From the NCBI GenBank assembly GCA_009859145.1, contig VRVR01000048.1, forward strand, positions 165,763 through 229,762: 64,000 nucleotides of DNA. Reading direction: 5' to 3'. The notes beneath the pieces were generated by a model that saw nothing but the letters and a program-made list of their open reading frames with translations, ran no database searches and was not told the DNA's origin. The DNA comes from Andalucia godoyi And28. Taxonomy: Eukaryota; Protista; Jakobida. Shown here in pieces: positions 50,512 through 61,373 of the stretch (positions within the stretch are counted from its first letter, which is position 1; every line of letters starts with the position of its first letter). The position numbers and the translations under genes were made by a program.

Positions 50512-50593
50512 AACAACAACAACAACAAAAACAACAACAACAACAACAAAAACAACAACAATAACAAAAACAAAAACAAAAACAAAAACAAAA
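50512..50593. repeat. (CAA)n/(CAAAAA)n microsatellite
   Basis: Visible directly. Confidence 0.85.
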
Positions 50594-51027
50594 CACACAG
50601 CTATTCAGTGTCCGATCCATAACACTAGAACAGTCCAAGTCGCTCGCAAAGTCGAAACTGGCCTGAACAACCTCCGACTCGAAACAGACAAAAAGACGCA
50701 GCAGCGACTGTAGTAGACAAGCATTTTTTTGCGTCGGAAAAAAAGTCGGAGAGATTCGGAGAGGGGAGGATTCGTGCGAAATTGACCGTCAACAAAAACG
50801 CCAAAACTCACATTGTGCAGTGCTGATGCTCTGTGGTTCATAATCATCATCACCTTTGTCTTTGTCTTTGTCTTTGTCTTTGTCTTTGATTTTCTTTCTT
50901 CTTCTTCTTCTTCTTCTTTCCATTTTAAGAAAAAAGACTTTTAAAAAAACTGTTCTGCCTACTTCTGTCTCTCTGAAAAGGAAAGGAAAAAAAAGAATAA
51001 TAATAATCAAACAGCAAATTAGCAGAC

Positions 51028-52650
51028 ATGGCATCTTCTACTTCGTCTGCGAGTGCATCGACGCTGCTGCCGGTGAGCATCTCAACATCGGTCCAGCACC
51101 AGCACGTGCCGTTTGGCCAAGAGGTCGAAGTGGTGTGCATGGCGACTCTGACTGCTGTGAACGACGATGAAATACAAATTCTCAAGGCCGCGTCGTCTGA
51201 CAAGGAAGTGAGAGCACCGGTGGACATCGTTGCGGTGCTTGACCGATCCGGTTCCATGGATTCCGGCGGAAAGCTGGATCTCGTGAAGGAGGCGATGCAT
51301 TTTGTGTGCACTCACTTGCGTGAGACGGACAGAATTTCGATTGTCGTGTATGACGATGCTGTGCAAACCATTGCGCCGCTGCAGTACGTGACTGCTGCAG
51401 CCAAGGAAAACTTGGACCGCATGATTGATGAGATTGCGACAGGCGGTTCGACGAACCTTTCTGGAGGCTTGTTTGAAGGGGTTTCCATCGCAGAGACCGC
51501 GGCTGCGGCTGCAAAGACTGGGCAGAACCGAGTTGGCTCCGTCTTTTTGTTCACAGACGGTCAGGCAAATGTGGGACTTCGATCCCTGCAGGAAATCAAA
51601 CCAGTCCTCTACGGAATGCTCAAGAATGGCACGTCCGTCATGACATTTGGGTTCGGATCTGACCACGAAGCTGCTCTTCTCAAGGGCATTGCAGAAGTCT
51701 CGAAGGGGCTGTACTACTTCCTCTCCAAAGCAGAAGACATTCCCGTTGCATTTGCAGATTGCATGGGAGGGCTATTGTCTGTTGTTGCGCAGAACATTTC
51801 ATTGTCCGTGGAGACGGTAGATGAAGATGTTGAGATTCTTCGCATCATGACAAAGTTTTCCACGCAGCAGCTCAGAGAAAAGCACGCCTTCAAGGTTACA
51901 ATGCAGGATATTTATGCTGGGGAATCGAAGAACATTCTCGTTCGTGTCAAGCTGCCCAAGCGCTCCTGCTCCATCCAGCAAGACCCAGTTCTGAATGTCT
52001 CCATCTCGTACATTGATGTTCTGACGCCTGCTCAGCGAGAACAGAGTGTTGTTCTGAAGGTTGATCGCGGGGACATCATGGACGCAGTGAACGTTGCCGT
52101 TGACGAGCAGACGAACAGGTTCATGGTTGCGGAAGGCCTCGAAACGGCGAATCAGCTGGGTGATCGGGGGAATCTTGCGGATGCCAAGGACCATCTCCAG
52201 AAGATTAAGAAGCACATTATGGAATCTGCGTCGAATCAGTCCCCAACGACGATGGAGCTCCAAAACCAGATTGAAAGCATCGTGTCTCGAATGGATTCAA
52301 CGAGGGACTACCACGACTACGCTTCCAAGGCAATGTGCCAGATTGCAAACGAGCACGCGTACGAGCGGTCTGCCATGTCCACTGTGGAGAACGACGAGGC
52401 TCAAAGCGCCCAGACGTCGAAAAAGTACGTCACAAAGTCCAAGTCTGCGTATCGTGCATCTGCCCAGGCAGCTGCCATCTCTGCACCTCCTCGACCGCAG
52501 CAAGCGCCGCAACAGCAGTATTACCAGCAGTCGTCTTTCGCAGTGCCCAATCAGCTGCAGATGCCGATGAATCAAGCGCCAACTCCGCAGCAGGTGCCCG
52601 TTGCCCCGCCGCAGTCAATTCTGTCGAAATCCAAGACCAAGACCAATTAA
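51028..52650 (+). CDS. von Willebrand factor A domain protein with Gln/Pro-rich tail
   Basis: MIDAS DRSGSM, GGSTNLSGGL, FLFTDGQAN, TFGFGSDH, F.DC.GGLLSVVAQ. Confidence 0.9.
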   Translation: MASSTSSASASTLLPVSISTSVQHQHVPFGQEVEVVCMATLTAVNDDEIQILKAASSDKEVRAPVDIVAVLDRSGSMDSGGKLDLVKEAMHFVCTHLRETDRISIVVYDDAVQTIAPLQYVTAAAKENLDRMIDEIATGGSTNLSGGLFEGVSIAETAAAAAKTGQNRVGSVFLFTDGQANVGLRSLQEIKPVLYGMLKNGTSVMTFGFGSDHEAALLKGIAEVSKGLYYFLSKAEDIPVAFADCMGGLLSVVAQNISLSVETVDEDVEILRIMTKFSTQQLREKHAFKVTMQDIYAGESKNILVRVKLPKRSCSIQQDPVLNVSISYIDVLTPAQREQSVVLKVDRGDIMDAVNVAVDEQTNRFMVAEGLETANQLGDRGNLADAKDHLQKIKKHIMESASNQSPTTMELQNQIESIVSRMDSTRDYHDYASKAMCQIANEHAYERSAMSTVENDEAQSAQTSKKYVTKSKSAYRASAQAAAISAPPRPQQAPQQQYYQQSSFAVPNQLQMPMNQAPTPQQVPVAPPQSILSKSKTKTN

Positions 52651-52953
52651 ATTGGCGAGACTCTCGGACGATGTTTCACCATTGCATCAACTGCTGTTTC
52701 ATCATGTACCGCCAACATTGTACGCGAATCATGCACAGCCATCGCTGACGCTGCATCATCATCAATGTTGCCGAGTGTTTATTTTAAATTTAAAAAAAAA
52801 AAAAAAAGAGCGCTGACTGCTGTACTGTACGGCTCTTGTACACTCCCGATCCAACAGGTTTGCCCAAACGATGCCTCGTTTGCCTTTTTCATTGAGCTTT
52901 CCCACGACCGCTCCCAAATAAACAGCAAAACAGACGTTGACACCAGACGAGAC

Positions 52954-53310
52954 ATGTTTCTGTTCCCCAAGCAATGGGGTGTGCTTCGACTAGGCACGCT
53001 GCCCAGAAGATTATGGGTACGTAGCGTTTCGGGCTGCGGCGCAGGAGGACAAGACGGCGGTTCGCAGTCGCCATCCGCCGCAGCGCCCGTTGATTTAGCT
53101 GCGGCGTTCCGCAAAGTCCGTGGATTTTCAGATGCAGATGTGAAGCGCATGCTGATGGAGCTTGAGCAGTATGAAGACGAGATTGCAGCGAAGGAGGCCG
53201 AGGAGCCCCCCGCTCGAAATCCAGCAAACGGAGAATGGAACGGGCCGAAGGGTCCTGAGCCCACCCGATTCTCAGACTGGGAACGCGGTGGCCGCGTCTC
53301 AGACTTTTAG
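52954..53310 (+). CDS. SDHAF4: Succinate dehydrogenase assembly factor 4 (DUF1674)
   Basis: C-terminal NP.NGEWNGPKGPEPTRFSDWERGGRVSDF signature; presequence-like N-terminus from ATG 52954. Confidence 0.93.
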   Translation: MFLFPKQWGVLRLGTLPRRLWVRSVSGCGAGGQDGGSQSPSAAAPVDLAAAFRKVRGFSDADVKRMLMELEQYEDEIAAKEAEEPPARNPANGEWNGPKGPEPTRFSDWERGGRVSDF

Positions 53311-53467
53311 CACGGGTTTTGCAGCTGCTTCTGTGCATGTTTCTATCCTATCCAAAGTGCGACTGCATGTTTTCCCCCCAACTCCGTAAAAATCGGCAGC
53401 AAGTAAAACGACTGTACATACGGTTTAGCAAAAGCGCGAAATCTGTCGTAGTGGCCATCTCCTGCAC

Positions 53468-53616
53468 GCCAGAGCATGAATCATTACTGGGTCATCATCG
53501 GCTAAGCTGTCACCGAAGACAGATCCAAGCCATATGTTTCTTTGCTTTCCATTCATTTGGGGGTGAGCACCAACTCTTCAATGTAGACTGCTCTGCATCA
53601 GAGGGTCGTCGCAACC
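53468..53616 (-). repeat. Dispersed repeat, copy 2 (homologous to 3108-3212)
   Basis: See copy 1; this copy has two internal segments (~17 and ~28 nt) absent from copy 1. Confidence 0.8.
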
Positions 53617-53960
53617 ACGAGTTTCTTGGTTCTCGGCATCTGCGGGCATGGCTGGTCTGAGTTTGTTGGGAAGATCCCTCATTGGAGCCATGGGATGCTT
53701 TGTCTTTGATGAAATGTGCTGCTTGAGGGTTCGATTATAAGTAACCCAAACAAACAGAAAAAAATATAGAATAGAAACAATAAACAGCGACGAATGAAAG
53801 AAATACTAGGCTTGACTACGGTAAGAAAATCGTATTTGTTTGATGTTTCAACGTGGATCCACAAAGCTGTCAGCCGTTTCTTTGATTTCCATTTTCTCGA
53901 TTTCTTGTTAATAATTCTTTTTGTTGTTTTCTGTAAATGTTTCGATTTCGAACACAAACC

Positions 53961-53992
53961 GAGTGAGTGAGTGAGTGAGTGAGTGAGTGAGT
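53961..53992. repeat. (GAGT)x8 tetranucleotide repeat
   Basis: Exact repeats immediately upstream of RSM22. Confidence 0.95.
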
Positions 53993-54038
53993 GTGCGCGC
54001 TGCGAGTGATCTGGTCTTGCTTGTTGACGGTCAAAAGC

Positions 54039-55259
54039 ATGTCGAGCCATTTACCGCGAGGACCGCACAAGTTTCCTGCGTTGCTGGAGCTTGGGGTCAA
54101 CGCATTGATCAAGGATTATCCTGTGCATTGGCTGAAACGGGACGTCAGGGGCCTTGCGGAACGCCTGCGTGATCGCCAAAGCGTCAACATCGACAGCGAA
54201 CGACGGACATCGATAGAGTACAGCGCACGAGATGTTCTTGCATACATTGTTTCCAGATTTCCGTCTACATTTGGCGCAGTGACGACTGCTCTGCAGCATG
54301 TATGGCTGGACGACGCACAGTTTGCGCCAAAGCAAGTCCTGGACTTTGGAGCAGGCACTGGAGCAGGCACGCTGTCGGTGCTTTCGAGGCTTTTCCCACA
54401 GAGCTTCTGGATAGATCATGATGATCGCGGAGACGTTGTTGATTTCAATGGATTTTCCAAGGTTCCGCCAGAACACATTCCACGTCTCGTGCAGATTGAG
54501 CCGAACAAGCACATGCAGTCGGCTGCTCGGTTTTTCGCGAGCTTTCTGCGCTTTCCCGATTCGATGATGCCGTTGCAGTCGACTTCGCTGTCTGGCGCTG
54601 TTGGCTCTGCGATAGCACCATCTGATTTATCAATATGTTCGTACGTGCTGAATGAGCTTTCGAGCCAGGACGAAGTGAAGTCTGTGATTTCGGATGTTCT
54701 AGGCAACACCACGAAATACGCGGTGTTTATTGAACCAGGAACTCCGGGTGGCTTCAGCTCCATTCGACAGCTCCGGGACGACCCGTCATTTCGCGCCATG
54801 GGTTTCGTGGCCGTCGCACCGTGCCCTCGCTCCCAGCTGACGTGTCCAATGGGCTCCGGTTCGTGGTGCCATTTTTCAACAAGGCTAGAACGGCCGATGG
54901 TCCAACGCAGGTTCAAAGAGGATTTTTCGAGAAGTCTGGAGGACGAGCGATTGTCATTTGTTGTGATGAAGAAGGAGATCTCTCTAACAGAAGATGCATT
55001 GGATGTCCCCAGGATTCTTGGGCCGCCGTTGAAGAGGTCCGGTCATGTCGTGTTGGACCTGTGCCATCCAAAGGGTGGCATCCAACGGCAGATTTTCTCA
55101 CGCAGTTCGGTCGAGGACGGTGCATACCGATATGCGCGGAAGAGCAAATGGGGAGACCCGATGCCATTCTTCTTCCCGGTGTCATCGGTTCCGTCAAAAC
55201 TCGAAGTGGATAGAGCGAGGTCGGAGGCTGAAGTGGACGAGGAGCCAGAAAGCCATTAA
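54039..55259 (+). CDS. RSM22: Mitoribosome small-subunit assembly methyltransferase-like Rsm22/METTL17
   Basis: AY...RFP, VLDFGAGTG, YVLNEL, IEPGTPGGF, APCP....CP....WCHF, RILGPPLKRSGHVVLDLC, YRYARKSKWGD. Confidence 0.93.
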   Translation: MSSHLPRGPHKFPALLELGVNALIKDYPVHWLKRDVRGLAERLRDRQSVNIDSERRTSIEYSARDVLAYIVSRFPSTFGAVTTALQHVWLDDAQFAPKQVLDFGAGTGAGTLSVLSRLFPQSFWIDHDDRGDVVDFNGFSKVPPEHIPRLVQIEPNKHMQSAARFFASFLRFPDSMMPLQSTSLSGAVGSAIAPSDLSICSYVLNELSSQDEVKSVISDVLGNTTKYAVFIEPGTPGGFSSIRQLRDDPSFRAMGFVAVAPCPRSQLTCPMGSGSWCHFSTRLERPMVQRRFKEDFSRSLEDERLSFVVMKKEISLTEDALDVPRILGPPLKRSGHVVLDLCHPKGGIQRQIFSRSSVEDGAYRYARKSKWGDPMPFFFPVSSVPSKLEVDRARSEAEVDEEPESH

Positions 55260-55350
55260 AAACAACAACAACAACAACAACAACAACAAACAAACAAACA
55301 AACAAACAAAAACAGCAGAGACCACCGCCACTCAGTGATTGATGGATATT

Positions 55351-58300
55351 TTATATCAAGAAACTGTGCGAGTCGGCATCCAGGTGTCCTTGCAGGAGTT
55401 TGATGACCTCGACAGGAAGACGGTGGCGGATTTCCTGAAAAAAGTCATCACAGTTGCACGGCCTTCCTGAAATTCGCAGCAGCATCATGTTTGACACAAG
55501 AGCAGTGTACACATCCACTCGTTGTGCGATCCAAGGCTCCTCGTCGATATTTTCCCGGATGAACTGCTCCAGTCTAGCGATGTTCTTCGCCGCCTGATCT
55601 GCAAAAGAAACATCAACAATGTTATCCGCTTCTCTTGTCAGAGCATATCCCAAAATGCCACACACCAAAACGTCTTCACTGAATTCATTGGGACGCTCCC
55701 GCTGGAACAGCTTTTTCACATTCGCAGACTGTTTGTCAAGGTTTTCGTTGGAAACTGTCGCAAAACTCTGCAGCAGCGCAATCTTCGAAGTAATCGGCAT
55801 CTGATCCAGGAAACTGTACAGTGCCACCATCCAATGTATTTCTTTTCGCGAGCCAATTCTGGAACACAGATACTGTCGAACGTCGTCGGACTCATCTTGC
55901 AGCAATCGAGTTGCTACACCGTGCAGTGTTGGGTCGACCGAAATCTCTGAAGAAGAGTCCGCCGATTTCAGCAGTTTTGAAACAGCACGGGCGGCGAACC
56001 AGCGAACCTTCTCAGTTTGATCCGGGTCTGAGCATCCCTGACAGAGCTCAACAAGCTGTGCGGCGCAGCTTGGAAAGTACGCGAGCACCTGGACTCTGTA
56101 TTCGACGGACAGGTTGGATATTGAGCTCAGAAGGGTGTTGGGCAGATTTTTCTCCACATCACGGCTTGTCCAAGAAAGCGAAATGTGGTCGAGACATGTG
56201 ACTAGACACTCCACTACGTTTTCCACCACTGCTGGGTGGCTCTCTGCCTCAATAATAGGACACAGACAATTCACAGCAAACTGCAAAACATCGTCACAGG
56301 AGTCCGAATTCGTGAGTAAAAGCATCTTAAACGCCTGTGTGACGGGTTCCAGTATTTCAAGCTCCGACAGCGTGATCTGCGACAACAAGAAACAAAACGA
56401 CAGAGAAATGGATCCGTTCACGCTCGAGAAGCAAGTAGTCGCGAGTTCAACAAACGTCCGCATCAATCCGGAAAAACCGCCGTGAATTCTCCAAAAATCG
56501 GGATACGGCAAATCTGCGAAGATCAAACTGAGCGAACAGCACATGCGCTGCGACATGGCATGGTCAAGTTTTTGCACTGCAACGACAATGGTCTGCACCA
56601 TGTCCAAAAATGCATGCAAGCAACAAGGTGACCAGACTGTGAACATCGTCTTGGAGCTGCGAAAAACAGCGAGAAGCGAAGTAAACGATTCCACTGCAAG
56701 CTGCAAGCTACGATGTCGGGGCATGTGCAAGAATGAATTGGAGAACAGATAGTGAACTTGCAGAATTGCGCCATGCAGAGAATTCTGATCCATGTGCAGG
56801 GAATTTTTTGCAATGAACATCAGTCGTTGACAAGTTTGCACAGCTACCTCTGACAGTGGAAACAATGGAAACAATGCAGCAGCAGCACGCCGTCGAATCA
56901 ACGCGGATGGCAGTCGTGCCCAGTTGTCGATGTACGGAGCGAACATCTTTAATTGGCCCATGATTCTTTCATGACCTGCATGGAAGTCTTGTGCCTCATC
57001 ACACTCCCCACTTTCCACGCATGTATCATCATCATATGGAGAAAGTCTACTGAGAAGCATGAGCAACGGTGACATGTAAAGCCTGCCATGGGCGCCTTGG
57101 ATACTCTCTAAGAACATAGGGAGGACATTCGCAAAGCGAGAGCCAAACTCCACCACGGTCATTCTGTTTTCCGGAGCAAGATCATCCGAGTCGGTCTTCT
57201 GACCGAGAAAACGTGAAAGAAGCGAAGAGAAGCACAAGGTAGCGGAATTTCGGATCGTCCAGCTGTCGGACGAATACAGTTTGAGAACAAGAGCAAAGAG
57301 CTGAGACGCAGCGAAATCCAGACGAGAACCGAGAATTGTATCCATGAGCAGCTGCCGAAGTATGTTGAGCGAATGGACTCGCACTTCCAGAGAAGACGAT
57401 GCAGAATCGCACAGTTTCACCAAATAAAACGTCACTCTCCTCAGAAACGACGATGTTGAGACGCACCGAAAAGCGGGCTCTGCCCGAAGAATGGTGGACA
57501 GCGCAAATGGTAGTCCTGATGATCTGCGCAGAATGGAAGTATCTGGATCATTGATGCGATTCAACACATTATCTGCCCAAGACGAGACCAGCATGACGGA
57601 GTCAAAGCTAAAGCAGCGACAATTCTCGGGATCCAGCAAGAATCGGCACGTCACAAAAAACGCATTCTGCGTTTTGTCAACCGCGCCAATGTGCTTCGTA
57701 TTCAACAGCATCTGCAAGAATGTATTACCGATGAAGGAGAAGTCGGCGAAGGGCAGGGCGCGTCCGAATTGCTCGATAAATATGCTCATGCAATGCGCAA
57801 CTCCGCGTGTTAGCTTCCAGAGGTTGACAGTAAAACTTCGGCTAGTGTCAGTGGATTCATCAAAGTCTTCGAAATCGTCATCTTGCTGCACCTCGTCTTC
57901 ATTTGCAAACTCTGGGCACTCTTCCTCGGAGCTGACAGGAAGCGGCACGCCTCTGCAGTCCGTTGCATCTCCTTTCCATCCGAGCATGCCATAGCACAAC
58001 GAAAGAGAAACGCCAAAAATGTCGTACACAAAACGGTTCATAACCGATGGAGGGATTTGTGCCTTGCGAGCGACAAGAAACTTGAAAAGATTGATGATGC
58101 CGTTGAAATTTTTCATTCTGGCCTTCGATGGATCGTCCCTGATGTCTGCCACTTGCTGGGCAAGAAAATCCGCGACCAGAAAAATGATGGTGTCCATACT
58201 GCTATGGCAGTCTGCCGGGACGGTGTTACTCGAGCACGAAAACCGTCGAACGGTGGCTTCAACGACGGACGGATACTTGCCAGCAAGGACGCTTAGAGCT

Positions 58301-60759
58301 CGAGCAGAGCCCTCCGACTTCCCAGATCGCACACTAAACAAGCCCATCCACAGAGAATCCGAAAATTCAGTGAATTTGGAAGGCGGACCGAAATCTGGAA
58401 ACTGCTGGAGCACGTCCATCATTACCTGCCTTGTTCGATCAAAGGGTTCAAACATACACCAGTAGAACAACCTGTCGCAAATGTCTTCGCGATAGAGTTC
58501 TCCACCAAAGGATCTGCAATCCAGAAAGGACAAGGAAAAATGCTCACTTCGGTACCGAGAGAATACTTCCAGCGAAGTAGCTTCCGAGAATAGCTGCAAG
58601 AAAATAGAGAGCAAATCCACACCAAACGCTCGACGATCATATGCGGCGGACGGAGAAAAGCAGGTTGAAATGAAATCCAGGTTCCAACGAAAAAATGATT
58701 TGAAGGACTGGATTCCACTCTGCCTCTCATCGTCTGTCATGGCAAGCGGAATCATCTTCACACGCTTGCCAACCTTCGTTCTGGTCAATCCTTTCTCGAA
58801 CACCTGATACACCACCGAGCGCAGAAAATCGAGAAACCTCGCAACGCTGTCCATGATCCCCCAGCGAAACGACGCATCAGTCGTCTTGCAATTGTTTCTC
58901 AGAAACTCAGTGTATAGCCCGATGCATTCCTCGGAGGGCCATGCAAAAGCGTCTTTCAAACTGTGGATGAAGACCAGGTCAAAAGAGTCTGTCCGAATGA
59001 CCGGCGACGCATGCTGCAGGCCCAAAAGAAGCCAGTCTCGATTTGGCAGATTCTTGAAGTGATACACAACGGTGCCAGTTCGCGGTTGCGTTGATGATAT
59101 GCAACTCCAAATCGAAATAGACAGACGCAATCGCACATCGAGAGCAAGGTCCGTTGCATGCAGCACCACATGGAGCACATCATCCAGAAGGTAAAGTCCG
59201 CCCTCCTTCACTAAAGGAGGAAGAATGTATCTTCTTACTAGCGCATCGTCTTTTCCTCGATTCACTTCGGCGGACTGGACACCGCACAGCGCATGTGCCA
59301 GATCAGAAACAAACTGCAAATATGTGTCAGTCCCTCGTTCAAGCGACAGCATGAATTTGCAAACAAATGTGATCACAGACTTTGCAATCAAATTTGACGT
59401 GACAGCTAGCAAGGATTCTGAAAACACAGCAGGACACTGGCGCCACACAAAAAGAGACCCAAAAAGCTCGACAAGCAGTTCCAATGCATCATACTTCCTC
59501 CGCTGAGACCAATCCAGGGAGAGAACCTGGTCCTTGATCCACGCCTCGCGATGGATTCCGCACTGCACCGGGTTCTGAAGAACAGTTCGCAAAATGTTTT
59601 TTCCAAGAAGATGGGCCCGCAGAACAATGTCGTTCCACGCATTCCATGCGATTCCGGGAAGTTGCAGGCAAATTGAAGCATCCTTTTTTGAGAATTCTGA
59701 AAACCACTTCATGCAATCCGAAAGATACGAAAACAACTGACACCGCTCCAAAACGGCAAGCGAATCGACACGCAGCGCCTCTTCTAGGAGAGCCGGAAGA
59801 ATACAGAAGGTCAGCACAGAAAGCTGCTGAGATTCCAGAGTTTCGCATTCTCGGACGCTCCCAATCCAAACGCTAATGAGTGCATTACGAGATAATTTGG
59901 GAGCACAGTTCAGTTTGGAAGTTAAAAGACAGTTAAACAGGGACGGTGAGGTCGTCAGGCATACAGAGGCCGCCGATGAAAAGACGGAAAAATCAACTGC
60001 AACCGCGTCGGAAAAAAGCAGAGTCTCCACGACAGAAGACAAGAGAGATTTCAGAGGATGCAGCCCGACATGATCCTCAAAAATGTCTGGAGACACCTTT
60101 GTAACAATGATGTGAATATTTCGGAAGACCAAATGCAGGAGACGCGAAAAATTATCGACGACTTTGGCATTCTTTCCTTCAAACAACACGATAAAACCAG
60201 AGAGTATACGCGAACACACCTGAAGCACTAGACTCAATGCCCTATAGCCTCCGCAGTCGGAAAATACCTTGCAAAACAGCCGCTGACTAAAAAGAAGACT
60301 TACGCGATAGAGAAACGTTGCGCATGTTTCAGAGCACTCTGGAATCATAACCGATTTGGACGGTTCGTCGATGAGCAACGAGCACGAAAGGGCGACATCG
60401 GCTGTCCAGCTGTGCACTTTTTCAACAAAAGCAGCCAGAGTATGTGGCTCTGCACTGCGGAGCAGATCTTCCAAGATCTCGGAAAAGACGCCAACCAAAT
60501 AACTCCATTGGTTAGACAAACATGGGGCCAGAAAAGATGTCACTGCCAGCTCCAACGTCTCACCACGAAGCAAGTGGGAGGACGCCGTTACTGACCGGAT
60601 CCTTCGGGAAGTGGCGAGTTGGTCCTTCTCCGACAGAAACACACTCGACAATCTGGAGATTTCGGATTGGATCGAGATTCCTTCCACCGCGGCAGCCAGT
60701 ACCGAAAAATTTCCACAGAAAATGGAAATGTCAGGATTTGCAGACATCGCTGACTCCAT
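55351..60759 (-). CDS. THADA: THADA/Trm732 armadillo-repeat protein
   Basis: L...KH.GAV, ILRRSSGLPF, VRVHSLNILR, WTIRNSATL.FS.LL.R.LG, LLMLLSRL, NSLHG.ILQ motifs; likely ATG 60759. Confidence 0.88.
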   Translation of the reverse strand: MESAMSANPDISIFCGNFSVLAAAVEGISIQSEISRLSSVFLSEKDQLATSRRIRSVTASSHLLRGETLELAVTSFLAPCLSNQWSYLVGVFSEILEDLLRSAEPHTLAAFVEKVHSWTADVALSCSLLIDEPSKSVMIPECSETCATFLYRVSLLFSQRLFCKVFSDCGGYRALSLVLQVCSRILSGFIVLFEGKNAKVVDNFSRLLHLVFRNIHIIVTKVSPDIFEDHVGLHPLKSLLSSVVETLLFSDAVAVDFSVFSSAASVCLTTSPSLFNCLLTSKLNCAPKLSRNALISVWIGSVRECETLESQQLSVLTFCILPALLEEALRVDSLAVLERCQLFSYLSDCMKWFSEFSKKDASICLQLPGIAWNAWNDIVLRAHLLGKNILRTVLQNPVQCGIHREAWIKDQVLSLDWSQRRKYDALELLVELFGSLFVWRQCPAVFSESLLAVTSNLIAKSVITFVCKFMLSLERGTDTYLQFVSDLAHALCGVQSAEVNRGKDDALVRRYILPPLVKEGGLYLLDDVLHVVLHATDLALDVRLRLSISIWSCISSTQPRTGTVVYHFKNLPNRDWLLLGLQHASPVIRTDSFDLVFIHSLKDAFAWPSEECIGLYTEFLRNNCKTTDASFRWGIMDSVARFLDFLRSVVYQVFEKGLTRTKVGKRVKMIPLAMTDDERQSGIQSFKSFFRWNLDFISTCFSPSAAYDRRAFGVDLLSIFLQLFSEATSLEVFSRYRSEHFSLSFLDCRSFGGELYREDICDRLFYWCMFEPFDRTRQVMMDVLQQFPDFGPPSKFTEFSDSLWMGLFSVRSGKSEGSARALSVLAGKYPSVVEATVRRFSCSSNTVPADCHSSMDTIIFLVADFLAQQVADIRDDPSKARMKNFNGIINLFKFLVARKAQIPPSVMNRFVYDIFGVSLSLCYGMLGWKGDATDCRGVPLPVSSEEECPEFANEDEVQQDDDFEDFDESTDTSRSFTVNLWKLTRGVAHCMSIFIEQFGRALPFADFSFIGNTFLQMLLNTKHIGAVDKTQNAFFVTCRFLLDPENCRCFSFDSVMLVSSWADNVLNRINDPDTSILRRSSGLPFALSTILRAEPAFRCVSTSSFLRRVTFYLVKLCDSASSSLEVRVHSLNILRQLLMDTILGSRLDFAASQLFALVLKLYSSDSWTIRNSATLCFSSLLSRFLGQKTDSDDLAPENRMTVVEFGSRFANVLPMFLESIQGAHGRLYMSPLLMLLSRLSPYDDDTCVESGECDEAQDFHAGHERIMGQLKMFAPYIDNWARLPSALIRRRAAAALFPLFPLSEVAVQTCQRLMFIAKNSLHMDQNSLHGAILQVHYLFSNSFLHMPRHRSLQLAVESFTSLLAVFRSSKTMFTVWSPCCLHAFLDMVQTIVVAVQKLDHAMSQRMCCSLSLIFADLPYPDFWRIHGGFSGLMRTFVELATTCFSSVNGSISLSFCFLLSQITLSELEILEPVTQAFKMLLLTNSDSCDDVLQFAVNCLCPIIEAESHPAVVENVVECLVTCLDHISLSWTSRDVEKNLPNTLLSSISNLSVEYRVQVLAYFPSCAAQLVELCQGCSDPDQTEKVRWFAARAVSKLLKSADSSSEISVDPTLHGVATRLLQDESDDVRQYLCSRIGSRKEIHWMVALYSFLDQMPITSKIALLQSFATVSNENLDKQSANVKKLFQRERPNEFSEDVLVCGILGYALTREADNIVDVSFADQAAKNIARLEQFIRENIDEEPWIAQRVDVYTALVSNMMLLRISGRPCNCDDFFQEIRHRLPVEVIKLLQGHLDADSHSFLI

Positions 60760-61373
60760 AGACTGCAACGTGCGTATCGAGAAAGGACGTAGTACTCGCA
60801 GGAGGTGGGGGGGGGGAAATAATTTAAATAATAATAATAATAATATATAATGTATGATTTGAAATAAAGCCGAAAAACGCGTTGTCGAGACGCCCACGAA
60901 AGCGCAGAGAGAAAAAGACATGCGTGTGCACAATCTCGCGGATGAGAACGAGCGCTGCCCAGTCGACAGCATTCGACGTACTTTTATGCTGCGAAGGTGA
61001 TAACAACAGTTTGCTCCTCCAAAAAATACAATAATAATAATAATAAATACATAAATAATATGGTGGTGCGCACGCGCAGCAGTCGCAAAACCCCAAGTGC
61101 CGATTCGCTGACACATTCTCTAAATACCGCCCGTCCAATGGGCCCGGAGGCGTCGGATTCCGGTGTTGTAACCGTTTCTTCTGTGATGCAATAACGGTAA
61201 TTCGCGGCCGTTGCTGACTGCAGTCATGAGACTGGTTATTTTTGACGACCGTGCATCCATACGGAGAAAGTTTACCGTTGTTAGTTTGTTCTACTAACTA
61301 ACAAATTTCTTGCACGGATTTATCGATCTCGGCCATTGGAAGCTCGAAAATGACATCCTTTTGCCTCGCTTAC

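Noticed and set aside
53578-53580. Selenocysteine interpretation of the in-frame TGA
   Set aside because: No SECIS-like element seen downstream and no redox-type CxxU context.
53640-53745. GGTTCGATT (tRNA B-box/T-loop-like) near 53728
   Set aside because: No cloverleaf stems or acceptor stem can be formed; not a tRNA.
60760-61116. 119-aa N-terminal extension of THADA given by the ORF track
   Set aside because: Non-ATG start and translation of (TAA/TAT)n intergenic repeats; the ATG at 60759 is more plausible.
61160-61290. AACGGT/ACCGTT motifs and a 12-bp palindrome TGACTGCAGTCA, superficially like hAT subterminal DNA
   Set aside because: No paired TIRs or TSD; about 15 palindromes of 12 bp are expected by chance in 64 kb.
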